Source: Thermomicrobiales bacterium
GTDB taxonomy: Bacteria > Chloroflexota > Chloroflexia > Thermomicrobiales > UBA6265
Assembly: GCA_030447415.1 (NCBI GenBank)
Contig: JAUJOZ010000019.1
Coordinates: forward strand, 9,929-73,928
Reading direction: 5' to 3'
Length of the DNA stretch: 64,000 nucleotides
Below are positions 55,122-64,000 of the stretch, one piece after another. Position 1 is the stretch's first letter; the number at the start of each line of letters is the position of its first letter. The notes under the pieces are model-generated. The model saw only the letters and a list, made by a program, of their open reading frames with translations. It was not told where the DNA came from and did not search any database. The position numbers were made by a program, and so were the translations under genes.

Positions 55122-56519
55122 ATGGCCGTCCAGGCGGAAATCCATACCGAGGCGGCGGCCGCCAGGGCTGAGCTCGAAGCCGAGCTTTTGGCCGCCTACC
55201 GCGAGCGCACCCCCCGCTCGGCGGTGCTCCACGAGGCGGCGCGGCGAGTCCTGCCCGGCGGCGACACCCGGACGATCGCCTTCCATCCCCCCTACCCTCT
55301 CTACGTTGAGCACGGCGAGGGGTGCCGCTTCGTCGACGCCGACGGGAATCCTTACGTCGACCTGCTCAACAACTACACCTCGCTCATCCACGGCCACGCC
55401 CACCCCGCGGTCACCGCCGCGGTTGCTGCCCAGCTACCCCGCGGTACCGCCTATGCCACCGCGATCACGGCCCAAACCTGCCTCGCCGAGATCATTACCG
55501 AGCGCGTCGCGTCGGTCGACTTGGTCCGCTTCTGCAACTCCGGCACCGAGGCAGCGATGCACGCCATCCGCGCCGCCCGCGCCTTCACCGGGCGGGACGT
55601 GGTCGTCAAGATTGAGGGCGGCTACCACGGGACCTACGACGATGTCGAAGTGAGCGTCCACCCGGACCCCACTTCCCCCCTCTCGGGGGCAGCAACCGCT
55701 CCCCTGGCGCTGCTCGATGCGGCCGGTGTGCCGACGAACACGGTTGAGAACGTCCTGGTCACCCCGCTCAACGATGTCGCCGCCGCCGAGCGGTTGCTGA
55801 CGGAGCGGGGCGACGAAGTCGCCGCGGTGATCGTCGAGCCGGTCCTCGGCGCCGGCGGAATGATCCCGGCCGAGACTGAGTTCCTCGAGGCGCTGCGGGC
55901 GCTCACGATCGAACGCGGCATCCTTTTGATCTTCGACGAGGTGATGACATTCCGGCTTGAACCCGGAGGGATGCAGGAGCACCATCGGATCCGGCCCGAC
56001 CTGACCGCCTTCGCCAAGATCATCGGCGGCGGTTTCCCGGTTGGCGCCTTCGGCGGCCGGGCCGCGATCATGGAACAGTACGACCCCGCGCGCCCGGCGC
56101 CCCTCTGGCAGTCAGGCACATTCAACGGCAACGCGGTGACGATGGTCGCGGGCGTCGCGGCGCTGGAGGCGTACCCGGCGAGCGAGGTGGCGCGGATAAA
56201 CGCCCTTGGCAACCACCTCCGCGATGGCCTCGGCGCGGCGCTCCGCGCGTCAGAGGTGTGGGGCGTCGTGACCGGCTATGGCTCCTTCGGCAACGTCCAC
56301 TTCACGCGCGGCGCGGCAGTCCGCGATTACCGGGCCGCCGCGACGGGCGATCGGCACCTCCAGCGGCTGCTGCACCTCGCGCTGCTGCTGGAAGGAATCT
56401 TCTGCGCTCCCCGCCTGATGCTCTGCACCTCCACCGCGATGGACGTCACCGTGGTTGACGAGACGGTGGCCGCCTTCCATCGCGCCCTTGCGCGGGTTCG
56501 GTCCGCCGTGGCCGGCTAG
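55122..56519 (+). CDS. class III aminotransferase (glutamate-1-semialdehyde aminomutase-like)
   Basis: Start at MAVQAEI after GGAGGTGG. FCNSGTEAAMHAIRAAR, FDEVMTFR, FAKIIGGGFPVGAFGG (PLP lysine) and GTFNGN. Confidence 0.8.
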   Translation: MAVQAEIHTEAAAARAELEAELLAAYRERTPRSAVLHEAARRVLPGGDTRTIAFHPPYPLYVEHGEGCRFVDADGNPYVDLLNNYTSLIHGHAHPAVTAAVAAQLPRGTAYATAITAQTCLAEIITERVASVDLVRFCNSGTEAAMHAIRAARAFTGRDVVVKIEGGYHGTYDDVEVSVHPDPTSPLSGAATAPLALLDAAGVPTNTVENVLVTPLNDVAAAERLLTERGDEVAAVIVEPVLGAGGMIPAETEFLEALRALTIERGILLIFDEVMTFRLEPGGMQEHHRIRPDLTAFAKIIGGGFPVGAFGGRAAIMEQYDPARPAPLWQSGTFNGNAVTMVAGVAALEAYPASEVARINALGNHLRDGLGAALRASEVWGVVTGYGSFGNVHFTRGAAVRDYRAAATGDRHLQRLLHLALLLEGIFCAPRLMLCTSTAMDVTVVDETVAAFHRALARVRSAVAG

Positions 56520-56833
56520 CCCGGCTTGAGTAAAACAATCCAGTCGGCGGAGTGGCACCGACACTGATTCAACGCTCCCCTCTCCTGCACGTCTGGGGAG
56601 CGGGTGAGGGATCGCTGGCACGCGGCAGACGGCCTTGCCAGGTCACGAGCGTTGTGCCGAGCGCACAGTCCGCGCTGGCAAGCGTTGTGCGTGTTGTGTA
56701 ACGGCCTTGAGCCGGCAACCCCAGCCCCGCTTCGTCCGCAGTCCGTCCGGGATGCGCGACCTCGGGGTACGACAGCCCCTCACGTGGCAGCCCGTCGGCA
56801 CTCTGGGGCGGCAAATTGGAGGTGGCGGAATCC

Positions 56834-58468
56834 ATGGGCGCAACCACGCTGACGAACTGGGGGGACGGCCGTTCGCCGGCCAGTGGCATGCTCACCGGCG
56901 GGACGACTGCCATTGAGCTCGGGCCCGCGCACTGGAACCTCCCCCCCGCCGAGTTGTACGAGCATGCCATCAGGCGGGGGGAGGGTCACCTGGCCGCGAC
57001 CGGCCCGTTGGCGGTGGAAACCGGGGAGCACACGGGCCGCTCGCCGCGTGACAAGTTCGTCGTAAACGATGCGGCAGCAACGGATGTGTGGTGGGGGCCG
57101 GTCAACCAGCCCCTATCTCCCGAGACATTCGAGACGCTGCACCGGCGGATCGCCGGCTACCTCAACGGTCGCGAGCTCTTCGTCCAAGATCTCTATGCCG
57201 GCGCCGACCCGACCTACCGGCTGCGGGTGCGCGTCATCTCGGAGAACGCCTGGCACACGCTCTTCGCACGCAATCTTTTCATCGTGCCAACGGCCGGGGA
57301 GCGGGCCGATGATGCCGGACGGGAGCCGGACTTCACCATCCTGCACGCGCCCAATCTCCCGGCCGATCCGACGCTGGACGGCCTCAAGTCGGAGACGGCG
57401 ATTGCGGTCGGTTTCGGTCAGCGGCTGGTCCTCATCGCCGGCACCCGCTACGCCGGGGAGATCAAGAAGTCCGTCTTTGGCGTCCTCCAGTACGTTCTCC
57501 CGCACCGCGGCATTGCCACCATGCACTGCTCCGCCAACCGGGGCTCGGACGGCGGTGTGGCGCTCTTCTTCGGCCTGTCGGGCACGGGGAAGACGACCCT
57601 TTCGACCGACCCCAGCCGCACCCTGATCGGGGACGACGAGCACGGCTGGACCGACCGCGGGATCTTCAATTTTGAGGGCGGCTCCTACGCTAAGACGATC
57701 AATCTTTCGCCGGACGCCGAGCCTGATATCTTCCGGGCGACCCACCGTTTCGGTACGGTCCTGGAGAACGTCGTCCTCGATCCCACGACTCGCGAGCTCC
57801 GCCTGGACGACGACTCGCTAACTGAGAACACGCGCGCCGCATTTCCGATCGGGTTCATCGAGAACGCGACCACGACCGGCCTTGGCGATCACCCACGTAA
57901 CGTGGTGATGCTCACCGCGGACGCATTCGGTGTGCTGCCGCCCGTCGCTCGCCTCTCCCACGAGCAGGCGATGTACTACTTCTTGTCCGGCTACACGTCG
58001 AAACTGGCCGGCACCGAGCGCGGCGTCGACGAGCCGGAAGCGACCTTCTCGGCCTGCTTCGGCGCTCCGTTCCTCCCGCTTCCACCAATCCGCTACGCGG
58101 AGCTCCTGGGCGAGCGCCTCCAACGTCACAACCCAGCCGTCTGGCTGGTCAACACCGGCTGGAGCGGCGGTCGCTACGGGGTCGGGCAGCGCATCAGCAT
58201 TGCCCACACCCGCGCCATCATCCGCGCCATCGTCGGAGGCGACTTGGCGGACGTACCCACGGCCCCTGATCCAACATTCGGCCTCGCCATCCCGGCATCC
58301 TGCCCCGGCGTGCCGAGCGCAATTCTCAACCCCAAGGCCACCTGGACCGACCCGGACGCCTACGAGGCAACCGCGCGCCGGCTGGCTCGCGCCTTCGCTA
58401 GAAACTTCGAGAAGTACGCCCCGGATGTCTCCCCGGTCATCGCGAGCGCCGGTCCTCGGATCGAATAG
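56834..58468 (+). CDS. pckA: phosphoenolpyruvate carboxykinase (ATP)
   Basis: GEHTGRSPRDKF, FFGLSGTGKTTLS (kinase-1a), IGDDEHGW and GGSYAKTINL. GGAGGTGG lies upstream of the ATG. Confidence 0.9.
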   Translation: MGATTLTNWGDGRSPASGMLTGGTTAIELGPAHWNLPPAELYEHAIRRGEGHLAATGPLAVETGEHTGRSPRDKFVVNDAAATDVWWGPVNQPLSPETFETLHRRIAGYLNGRELFVQDLYAGADPTYRLRVRVISENAWHTLFARNLFIVPTAGERADDAGREPDFTILHAPNLPADPTLDGLKSETAIAVGFGQRLVLIAGTRYAGEIKKSVFGVLQYVLPHRGIATMHCSANRGSDGGVALFFGLSGTGKTTLSTDPSRTLIGDDEHGWTDRGIFNFEGGSYAKTINLSPDAEPDIFRATHRFGTVLENVVLDPTTRELRLDDDSLTENTRAAFPIGFIENATTTGLGDHPRNVVMLTADAFGVLPPVARLSHEQAMYYFLSGYTSKLAGTERGVDEPEATFSACFGAPFLPLPPIRYAELLGERLQRHNPAVWLVNTGWSGGRYGVGQRISIAHTRAIIRAIVGGDLADVPTAPDPTFGLAIPASCPGVPSAILNPKATWTDPDAYEATARRLARAFARNFEKYAPDVSPVIASAGPRIE

Positions 58469-58497
58469 GGCCTGTCTGAAAACATTGCCGATGCCGA

Positions 58498-58761
58498 TTA
58501 TTCGCGGCTTTGGGTTGTTTCGACGCACGACAGCCTCGTCTCCGCGACGTTCGCCCGCTCCACACGGACGACCACGCGCATGAGCCGCCCCCGCCGGTCG
58601 GGCCGGACGCGCAACACCTCGCTTTCCAGAACCGGTCGGGGTCGCGTTGCCTGCACGATCACGCTGCGCCATCCGACCGCCACGATGCAGGCGGCGGTGG
58701 CATAGTGAATGTTCAGAGGGTCGCCCGCCAAGCCGGCGTGCGCCTGGCCTAGCTCGGCCAT
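58498..58761 (-). CDS. hypothetical small protein
   Basis: 87-aa ORF with moderately high GC3. No family recognised. Confidence 0.25.
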   Translation of the reverse strand: MAELGQAHAGLAGDPLNIHYATAACIVAVGWRSVIVQATRPRPVLESEVLRVRPDRRGRLMRVVVRVERANVAETRLSCVETTQSRE

Positions 58762-59024
58762 TCCGCACTCCTGGGCGTGAGCCTCGCTTTAGCTGGCCGC
58801 TAGCACACTGAGTAGGCCCGAGGCCCGGAGATGCGGCAGGTGAGCGGCACCGAGCTGCGCAGTGAGCGCCGCCGCAGCCTCACCAGGATCGAATCCCGGG
58901 TCGTGGCCGCCACGGCCGCGGCCACCCGGGCGTCCGACTTTTTCCTGCGCCGCGACGGTCCAGCTCGGGGTCGCGGATCAGCGTTCACCGACCGCGAGCG
59001 GATGAGGCAACCGACCAGCCAGGT

Positions 59025-60383
59025 TTACCTCGTCTCCTGGCTGCTTGTCCGACGCAGCCGCCACGCCGTCGCGGTCGGACGGGTGCGAACGTGGGTATCA
59101 GTCAGGGCGCCACTCGCGAACACAGCCAGCAAACTGACGACGGCAGCGAGGAGGAAGACGGTCGGGAAACCAAGTCGCTCGATCATCATGCCGCCGACGA
59201 TCGGGGCAAACGCGAGGACGGCGAGCAGGCCGTTGACGACCGCGGCGGACGTCGACCTGAGCGCGACCGGCGCGATCTCCCCGAGGTAGGCGAAACCGGA
59301 TCGAATCTGACCACCAAGCGCCAAACCGAGGCCGACGTAGACCAGGCCGAACAGCGCGGCGGTGATCCGGCCGTCCTTGACGCGCCCTTCGTAGAAAGCG
59401 GTCTCGGCGAGGTACGGCAGGAGGAGCGCCAGGAGCGGAGCGACAAGGCGCAGGAGCGCGGACGCCTGGAGCACGGCCCTCTCGCCCGACCGTCGGCCGA
59501 GCGGTGCCCAGACCAGCGAGGAGCCTATCAGGGCCAGGGCCAACGCGACGACATAGAGGCCGACCGCCCCCCCGGAAACACCCAACTCCCGCTGCGCGTA
59601 GAGGATGAAGAACGGGTCCGCGACGGCCGACAACGCCCCCAGCGCCCGGAAGCCCAGGAAGCGGCGCAGGTTGGCATCGGCCAGGACGCGGGGGATCGCC
59701 CTCGGTGTGGCAGCTGGGGTCCCGCCTGTACCGGCGAGGCGCTGCGGCTCGCGGACGCTGGCCCCGAGGAATGTCGAGGCCGCCAGGCAGACCGCCGCGG
59801 CGACGAAGAGGAGGGCGTGACCGCGCGGGAAGCCCGGTCCGTCCCCACCCAGCAGCCGGGCGACGACGAGCCCGGCGACGACGCCGAGCACTCCACCCCA
59901 CAGGGAGCGCTGGCGAAAGACGCGCCCGCGCTGGTCGGACGAAACCGCCTTAGCCACGGCCTCAGTGGTCGGCCCCGCCGCGAACGCGCCTCCGATGAGG
60001 TAAGCGACGTAGCAGACGAAGAATGCACGCAGCAGCCGGGCGTCGTCGCCGGACGCCTCGTACGCGACGTAGGCGAGCAGCGCCATGGCCGCGGTCCGCA
60101 CCAGTGCTGCCCCAGTCGCCCACGGGAGTTTGCGCCGTCGCTGCGCGGTGATTGCCGTCGCCAGCAGCCGAGCAGGCCACCACAGACCGGACGCCAGCGC
60201 CGCGACGGCCCCGACTGCAGCGTAGCTGTTGGTGAGCTGGCCAACGAATACCGCCAGGACAAGCGTCGGGAGGACCAGCGTTTCGGCGAGGGTCAGAAGG
60301 GCGCCACTGGCGATCGCGAGGAGGACATTGAGCGCCAAGCCGCGCCGGTCGCTCGAGAAGCGGCGGATGTCGGCCCCAGCCAC
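59025..60383 (-). CDS. MFS transporter
   Basis: 452 aa with ~12 hydrophobic segments and basic loops (RRRKLPW, DQRGRVF). Confidence 0.75.
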   Translation of the reverse strand: MAGADIRRFSSDRRGLALNVLLAIASGALLTLAETLVLPTLVLAVFVGQLTNSYAAVGAVAALASGLWWPARLLATAITAQRRRKLPWATGAALVRTAAMALLAYVAYEASGDDARLLRAFFVCYVAYLIGGAFAAGPTTEAVAKAVSSDQRGRVFRQRSLWGGVLGVVAGLVVARLLGGDGPGFPRGHALLFVAAAVCLAASTFLGASVREPQRLAGTGGTPAATPRAIPRVLADANLRRFLGFRALGALSAVADPFFILYAQRELGVSGGAVGLYVVALALALIGSSLVWAPLGRRSGERAVLQASALLRLVAPLLALLLPYLAETAFYEGRVKDGRITAALFGLVYVGLGLALGGQIRSGFAYLGEIAPVALRSTSAAVVNGLLAVLAFAPIVGGMMIERLGFPTVFLLAAVVSLLAVFASGALTDTHVRTRPTATAWRLRRTSSQETR

Positions 60384-60838
60384 GCCCTGCTCCCTCGCGC
60401 AACCGCGCCGGCGCTACCGGCTCCCCGCTCGACCCGCACCCACGCCGGCGCGAGGCCGGGCGGATTATAGAGGGGCCGCCGAGCCGGGGCTAGGCGCGGA
60501 GAAGGTTCGGAGATTCCAGCGAGACCCAGCGGCGAAACGTTGCGTCAGCAGCACCCTTGGCGAGGAGGGGCTCCCCAACGCGCCGTACGGACACGCAGCA
60601 GCCGCGTCGGCTCCGACACCCAACGGCGCGATACGTCTGATGAGGTGTTGGGCCGCCCCTGTGGTCCGAGCGTTGCCGCACGGTGGTCGCCGAGTCAGCG
60701 CTGGCTAGGCGGCAACGACGCGCCGGCCCGCATCGACCCGGCGCCGTGACCTGACGCGACGCCCTGCTGCCTTCGCCGGGGTCGCCGCTAGGCCCCGACG
60801 TCCGTCGTCGGCGTGCCACCCCCAGGGCGGCCGCCGGA

Positions 60839-61903
60839 TCAGCTGGGACCTCCACTATCACCTCGGCCGTGGTGGTGTTGCCGGCCGCGTCGGCCGCTCG
60901 GACGGCGAGGGAGTGGCCCGGGGGCCACGGTGCGGGTGTCCCACACGGTGGCATAGGCTGCTGCGTCCGGCAGGTACGGCAGCACGCCAGCCGGCGCGCC
61001 GTCGATCACGAGTTCCACGACCGTGACGCCCACTCGGTCGGTGGCAACCGCCGCAACGGTCGGGATTGGGCGGGTGAGGGCGCCGGGGGCCGGGCGGTCG
61101 AGTCGCACCTGCGGGGGGGTCGTGTCGTAGCGGAGGACGCGCCAGATCTCCTCGGCGATCGCCTCGTGGCCCGCGTTGGTGGGGTGGATGTCCGACGGGT
61201 AGCGGGTCAGCTCCCGGTCGTCCTCGCGGAACCGCCTGACCACGTCCGCGACACGGCCTCCGGCCTGGACGGTTTCCTGAATGATGACGTCGTTAAGGCG
61301 GGCGATCCACCAGCCATCCGTGCCGGCCAAGGTCGGATCAGTCCGGGTCGGGTCATAGTACGTCGTGGCGACGAGGTCGGCGGCAGCGAGGCCGCCTTGT
61401 CCCCGGTGACGGCACGCAGCTCGGCGAAGAGACGGCGCAGGTTCGCGGCGACACCCCTCGCAGCGCTTGCTCGCGCGCCGCCCTCCTCCGGCCCGGATCA
61501 GGTCGTTCGCACCGATCGTGATGGTGATCGGACTGACAACCCGCCCTTGGCGACCGGCCGCGGCAATGAATCCCCGCGCTTGGTCGAACTGACCGCCGGT
61601 CAGAAGCGATGTCGTCGTCTCGCCGGGAACGGCGAGGTTCAACAGCTCGACACGGCGACCCGCCTCCCGCGCGAGGTAGCCTCGCACCAGCGCGCCAGCG
61701 CCGACGTCGCCAGCCCGGCTCGCGCCCACTCCGCCGGCTCCCGAGTCGCCCAGGGCCAGGTAGATGTCGCCGGGCGCGCCCACCGCTGAGGTCGGCGTGC
61801 CCGTGCTCTGCGTCAAGCCCGATGGTGAACCCACCGTGAGGAGGAAGCCGGCAAGCGCGAGGACGCCGAGGATGTCCGGGCGCCGCGTCGACCGTCGGAT
61901 CAT
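60839..61903 (-). CDS. secreted SGNH/GDSL hydrolase with a C-terminal Ig-like region; probable internal and C-terminal frameshifts
   Basis: Signal-like N-terminus. Block I ALGDSGAGG, block III GANDL, block V DIHPTNAGH. A ~30-codon stretch (about 61385-61470) reads better in another frame (ARGVAANLRRLFAELRAVTGDKAA). The Ig-like end continues in another frame (GHSLAVRAADAAGNTTTAEVIVEV, ORF 60490..60954). Confidence 0.65.
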   Translation of the reverse strand: MIRRSTRRPDILGVLALAGFLLTVGSPSGLTQSTGTPTSAVGAPGDIYLALGDSGAGGVGASRAGDVGAGALVRGYLAREAGRRVELLNLAVPGETTTSLLTGGQFDQARGFIAAAGRQGRVVSPITITIGANDLIRAGGGRRASKRCEGCRREPAPSLRRAACRHRGQGGLAAADLVATTYYDPTRTDPTLAGTDGWWIARLNDVIIQETVQAGGRVADVVRRFREDDRELTRYPSDIHPTNAGHEAIAEEIWRVLRYDTTPPQVRLDRPAPGALTRPIPTVAAVATDRVGVTVVELVIDGAPAGVLPYLPDAAAYATVWDTRTVAPGPLPRRPSGRRGRQHHHGRGDSGGPS

Positions 61904-62847
61904 GGGCGGGTGACGCTCGGCGCGAGGTTTGCGAGGGCGGCACCGACGGTCCGCCGGTCGTCCTCTCCCAATGCCTCAAGCTGTCTGGTCGACAGCCAGC
62001 GGGCTGGGTGGGCGACCGCCGCCACAGCCGCGTCGAGCGAGCGGAACGCGAGGGCGGTGACGCCGTCCGGCTCGGCGCGGCCAGCACCCGCCCATCCCGC
62101 TAGTTCCACTCCCCCGGGCACCAACCCGTCGACGGCCGCGAGAGCGGCGCGCCAGATCGCCTCCTCTGGACCGGCGATGGCGGTCGGCAGCCGGGGGCCA
62201 TCGGCATCGACGATGAGCACCCGCTCGTCGTCACCGGCCAACACGACGCAGGTGACGCTGAGGGGGACGGCGCTCTGAGGAGGGCCGAGCTCACGTCCAA
62301 TCTCCGCTCGGAGCTTGGCATACGTGACCGGGATGAGCTCCGGGAGCACCATCGTGGACGCGAGGATCGGCATGAAGTTTGCGTCCCCCTCCCACCGGGG
62401 GACGACGTGCAGGTGGAGGTGGTCGGCGACCCCAGCCCCGGCCACCGCGCCGACGTTCATCCCGACGTTGAAACCGTCGCATCCGAGCGCCCGACGCAGC
62501 GCCCGCGTCACGACCGGCAGCAGCGTGGCCAGCTCGGTCAGCGCCGCCGGGTCGGCCTCCTCCGGGGCCGGCACGTGCGCCGTTGGAACGAGCATCAGGT
62601 GCCCCGTGTTGTAGGGGAACAGGTTCATGATGACGAAGGCCCACTCCCCCCGATGGAGGATGAGGGCGCTCGCGTCGTCCCCGCCGCGCAGGCGATTGCA
62701 AAACAGGCACCCCGCCTCGACCGCGCCGCCAACGTAGCGCATCCGCCACGGCGTCCAGAGGCGGCGGTGATCGCTGTCACCGGAGGATTGCGGCGTGGGG
62801 GGCGGGGCGTATTCGGTGGACGCAGCGCTGGGACCCGAGGCATCCAT
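61900..62847 (-). CDS. HIT-family nucleotide phosphorylase/hydrolase fused to a ~130-aa C-terminal domain
   Basis: The HIT core carries the histidine triad HLHLHVVPRW and looks like the AP4A-phosphorylase/GalT branch (WTPWRMRYV, LFCN). The C-terminal half (LSVTCVVLAGDDERVLIV...) has a Nudix-like beta-start but no clear Nudix box. Its stop overlaps the GDSL start (ATGA). Confidence 0.75.
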   Translation of the reverse strand: MDASGPSAASTEYAPPPTPQSSGDSDHRRLWTPWRMRYVGGAVEAGCLFCNRLRGGDDASALILHRGEWAFVIMNLFPYNTGHLMLVPTAHVPAPEEADPAALTELATLLPVVTRALRRALGCDGFNVGMNVGAVAGAGVADHLHLHVVPRWEGDANFMPILASTMVLPELIPVTYAKLRAEIGRELGPPQSAVPLSVTCVVLAGDDERVLIVDADGPRLPTAIAGPEEAIWRAALAAVDGLVPGGVELAGWAGAGRAEPDGVTALAFRSLDAAVAAVAHPARWLSTRQLEALGEDDRRTVGAALANLAPSVTRP

Positions 62848-63047
62848 GGCGCGATGATACCATCCGCGCGTTCGGGCTTGACCGGCGACCGCAACCGGTC
62901 ACGCCGCGCACCCGCGGCGATTGGTCCCGTCGAAACGTGTACGTGCGGTGACCGGCACGGTACTATAGTAAAGCCCAGCGCTGACCCCGGTGGCGTGGCG
63001 ACGGCCGGGTGACAGGTGACATCGTGGGCGGCACACAAGGAGCACCG

Positions 63048-64000
63048 GTGCATTCGACGCCGACGCTGGTCCGAACGGACCAGGAGGCCCTCCCCTCGGC
63101 ATGGGCGGGTCGCTCGCGCAGGGTCGGGGACCGCTGGCTGCTCGCCAAGGGAATCGGGTACCTCGCGGCGGATGCGGCGCTGGCATGGCTGGCGTTCTGG
63201 ATTGCGTACGTCGTGCGCTACCGGTTCGAGATTCCGGCGCCGCTTCTCCCGGCGGACCAAGAGCCCTTTGCTACCTTCCGCGGAAACGCGATCCTCTTTG
63301 TCTGCTTCACCGTCGGGGTGTTCCTCATCCGGGGAATGTACCGGCTGCCGCGACGGATTGGGTTCCTGGACGAGGCGTCGAAGGTCATCGGCGGGCTGAC
63401 GACCGCGATGGCCGGCGTCAGCTTCAGCGCGTTCCTGGTGCGCTTTGCTCCTTCCCATCTCGTCTTTCTCTACGCTTGGGGACTCGCCGTCGCGCTGCTC
63501 CTCGGCCGTCGAGTGGCAACCCGGTGGCTGCGCCGCCACTTCTGGCTGCGTGGCGTTGGGGTCGATCGGGTACTCGTCGTCGGCGCCGGGGAAACGGGGC
63601 GGCGGGTGATGCAGGCGATGATGGGCGAGCCGGCGCTCGGCTACCAGGTCGTCGGCTTCGTCGAGGAAGCGCTGACGGGTGACGCGGTCGCGGTCGCGAC
63701 CGAGCACCGGGTCGTGTGGACCGAGCGGCTCGGCACGCCGGACGATGTCGGCAACATCGTCGAGCAGCGGCACGTCGATGAGGTGATCATCGCGTTACCG
63801 GCCGCGGCCCACGAGCGCGTCCTAAGCATCATCGACCAGTGCCGCGCCCGCGCCGTGACCTTCAAGGTCGTGCCGGACCTGTTCCAGCTGGCGCTCGACC
63901 GAGTCGACGTCGGCGAGGTATCGGGCGTGCCGCTGATCGGCGTCAAGGACGCTTCGATCAGCGGTGCCAACTACTGGCTGAAGCGGGCGATGGACGTGAC
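63048..64000 (+). CDS. polyprenyl-phosphate sugar phosphotransferase (WbaP/WcaJ/EpsB-like), 5' part, continues beyond the window
   Basis: This ORF is not in the ORF track because it has no stop in the window. GTG start 5 nt after AAGGAG. N-terminal TM segments (LLAKGIGYLAADAALAWLAFWIAYVV...), a Rossmann-like linker (VLVVGAGETGRRV...VVGFV...IIALP), then ...NYWLKRAMDV, the start of the bacterial sugar transferase domain. Confidence 0.8.
   Translation, partial: MHSTPTLVRTDQEALPSAWAGRSRRVGDRWLLAKGIGYLAADAALAWLAFWIAYVVRYRFEIPAPLLPADQEPFATFRGNAILFVCFTVGVFLIRGMYRLPRRIGFLDEASKVIGGLTTAMAGVSFSAFLVRFAPSHLVFLYAWGLAVALLLGRRVATRWLRRHFWLRGVGVDRVLVVGAGETGRRVMQAMMGEPALGYQVVGFVEEALTGDAVAVATEHRVVWTERLGTPDDVGNIVEQRHVDEVIIALPAAAHERVLSIIDQCRARAVTFKVVPDLFQLALDRVDVGEVSGVPLIGVKDASISGANYWLKRAMDV

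Overview
This is a visibly high-GC bacterial chromosomal window with roughly 70 genes. All calls come from manual reading of the translations and the DNA; no searches or computations were run.
- 1-9 kb: the right-hand part of an integrated mobile element. It carries a DUF3987-type primase/helicase, an Xis-like HTH, an XRE regulator, a large serine recombinase, a chain of tiny translationally coupled ORFs and nine 9-bp iteron-like repeats. It is capped by an abutting IS5-family / IS630-family pair.
- 9-17 kb: a PLP-enzyme/amidohydrolase cluster, a small lipoprotein and tRNA-Arg(TCT).
- 18-27 kb: a Dpp/Opp-type ABC importer in which a ~3 kb block (two permeases plus the first ATPase) is tandemly duplicated. 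Copy A is intact and copy B is riddled with frameshifts.
- 27-33 kb: an M20 peptidase, a BHMT-like methyltransferase with a monomeric sarcosine oxidase, and a GAF histidine kinase.
- 33-37 kb: a second IS630/IS5 pair in inverted order, and a small decayed island (SnoaL-like, GYD, receiver-domain remnant).
- 37-64 kb: mostly housekeeping and nitrogen metabolism. Notable items are a cyanophycinase with an in-frame TAA, two asparaginase types, rpmE-rpmA-rplU all with long low-complexity extensions, and a degraded amidase with an intact small partner. The rest is PMI, upp, P5C dehydrogenase, a lactonase-like MBL, a panE-like reductase, aminotransferases, an M42 peptidase, pckA, MFS, a GDSL hydrolase, a HIT fusion and the 5' part of a polyprenyl-phosphate sugar transferase.
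I saw no CRISPR array, rRNA or recognisable defence system. The most unusual signals are the iteron array beside the primase/helicase, the tandem operon duplication with one-sided decay, and an unusually high density of frame-disrupted genes.
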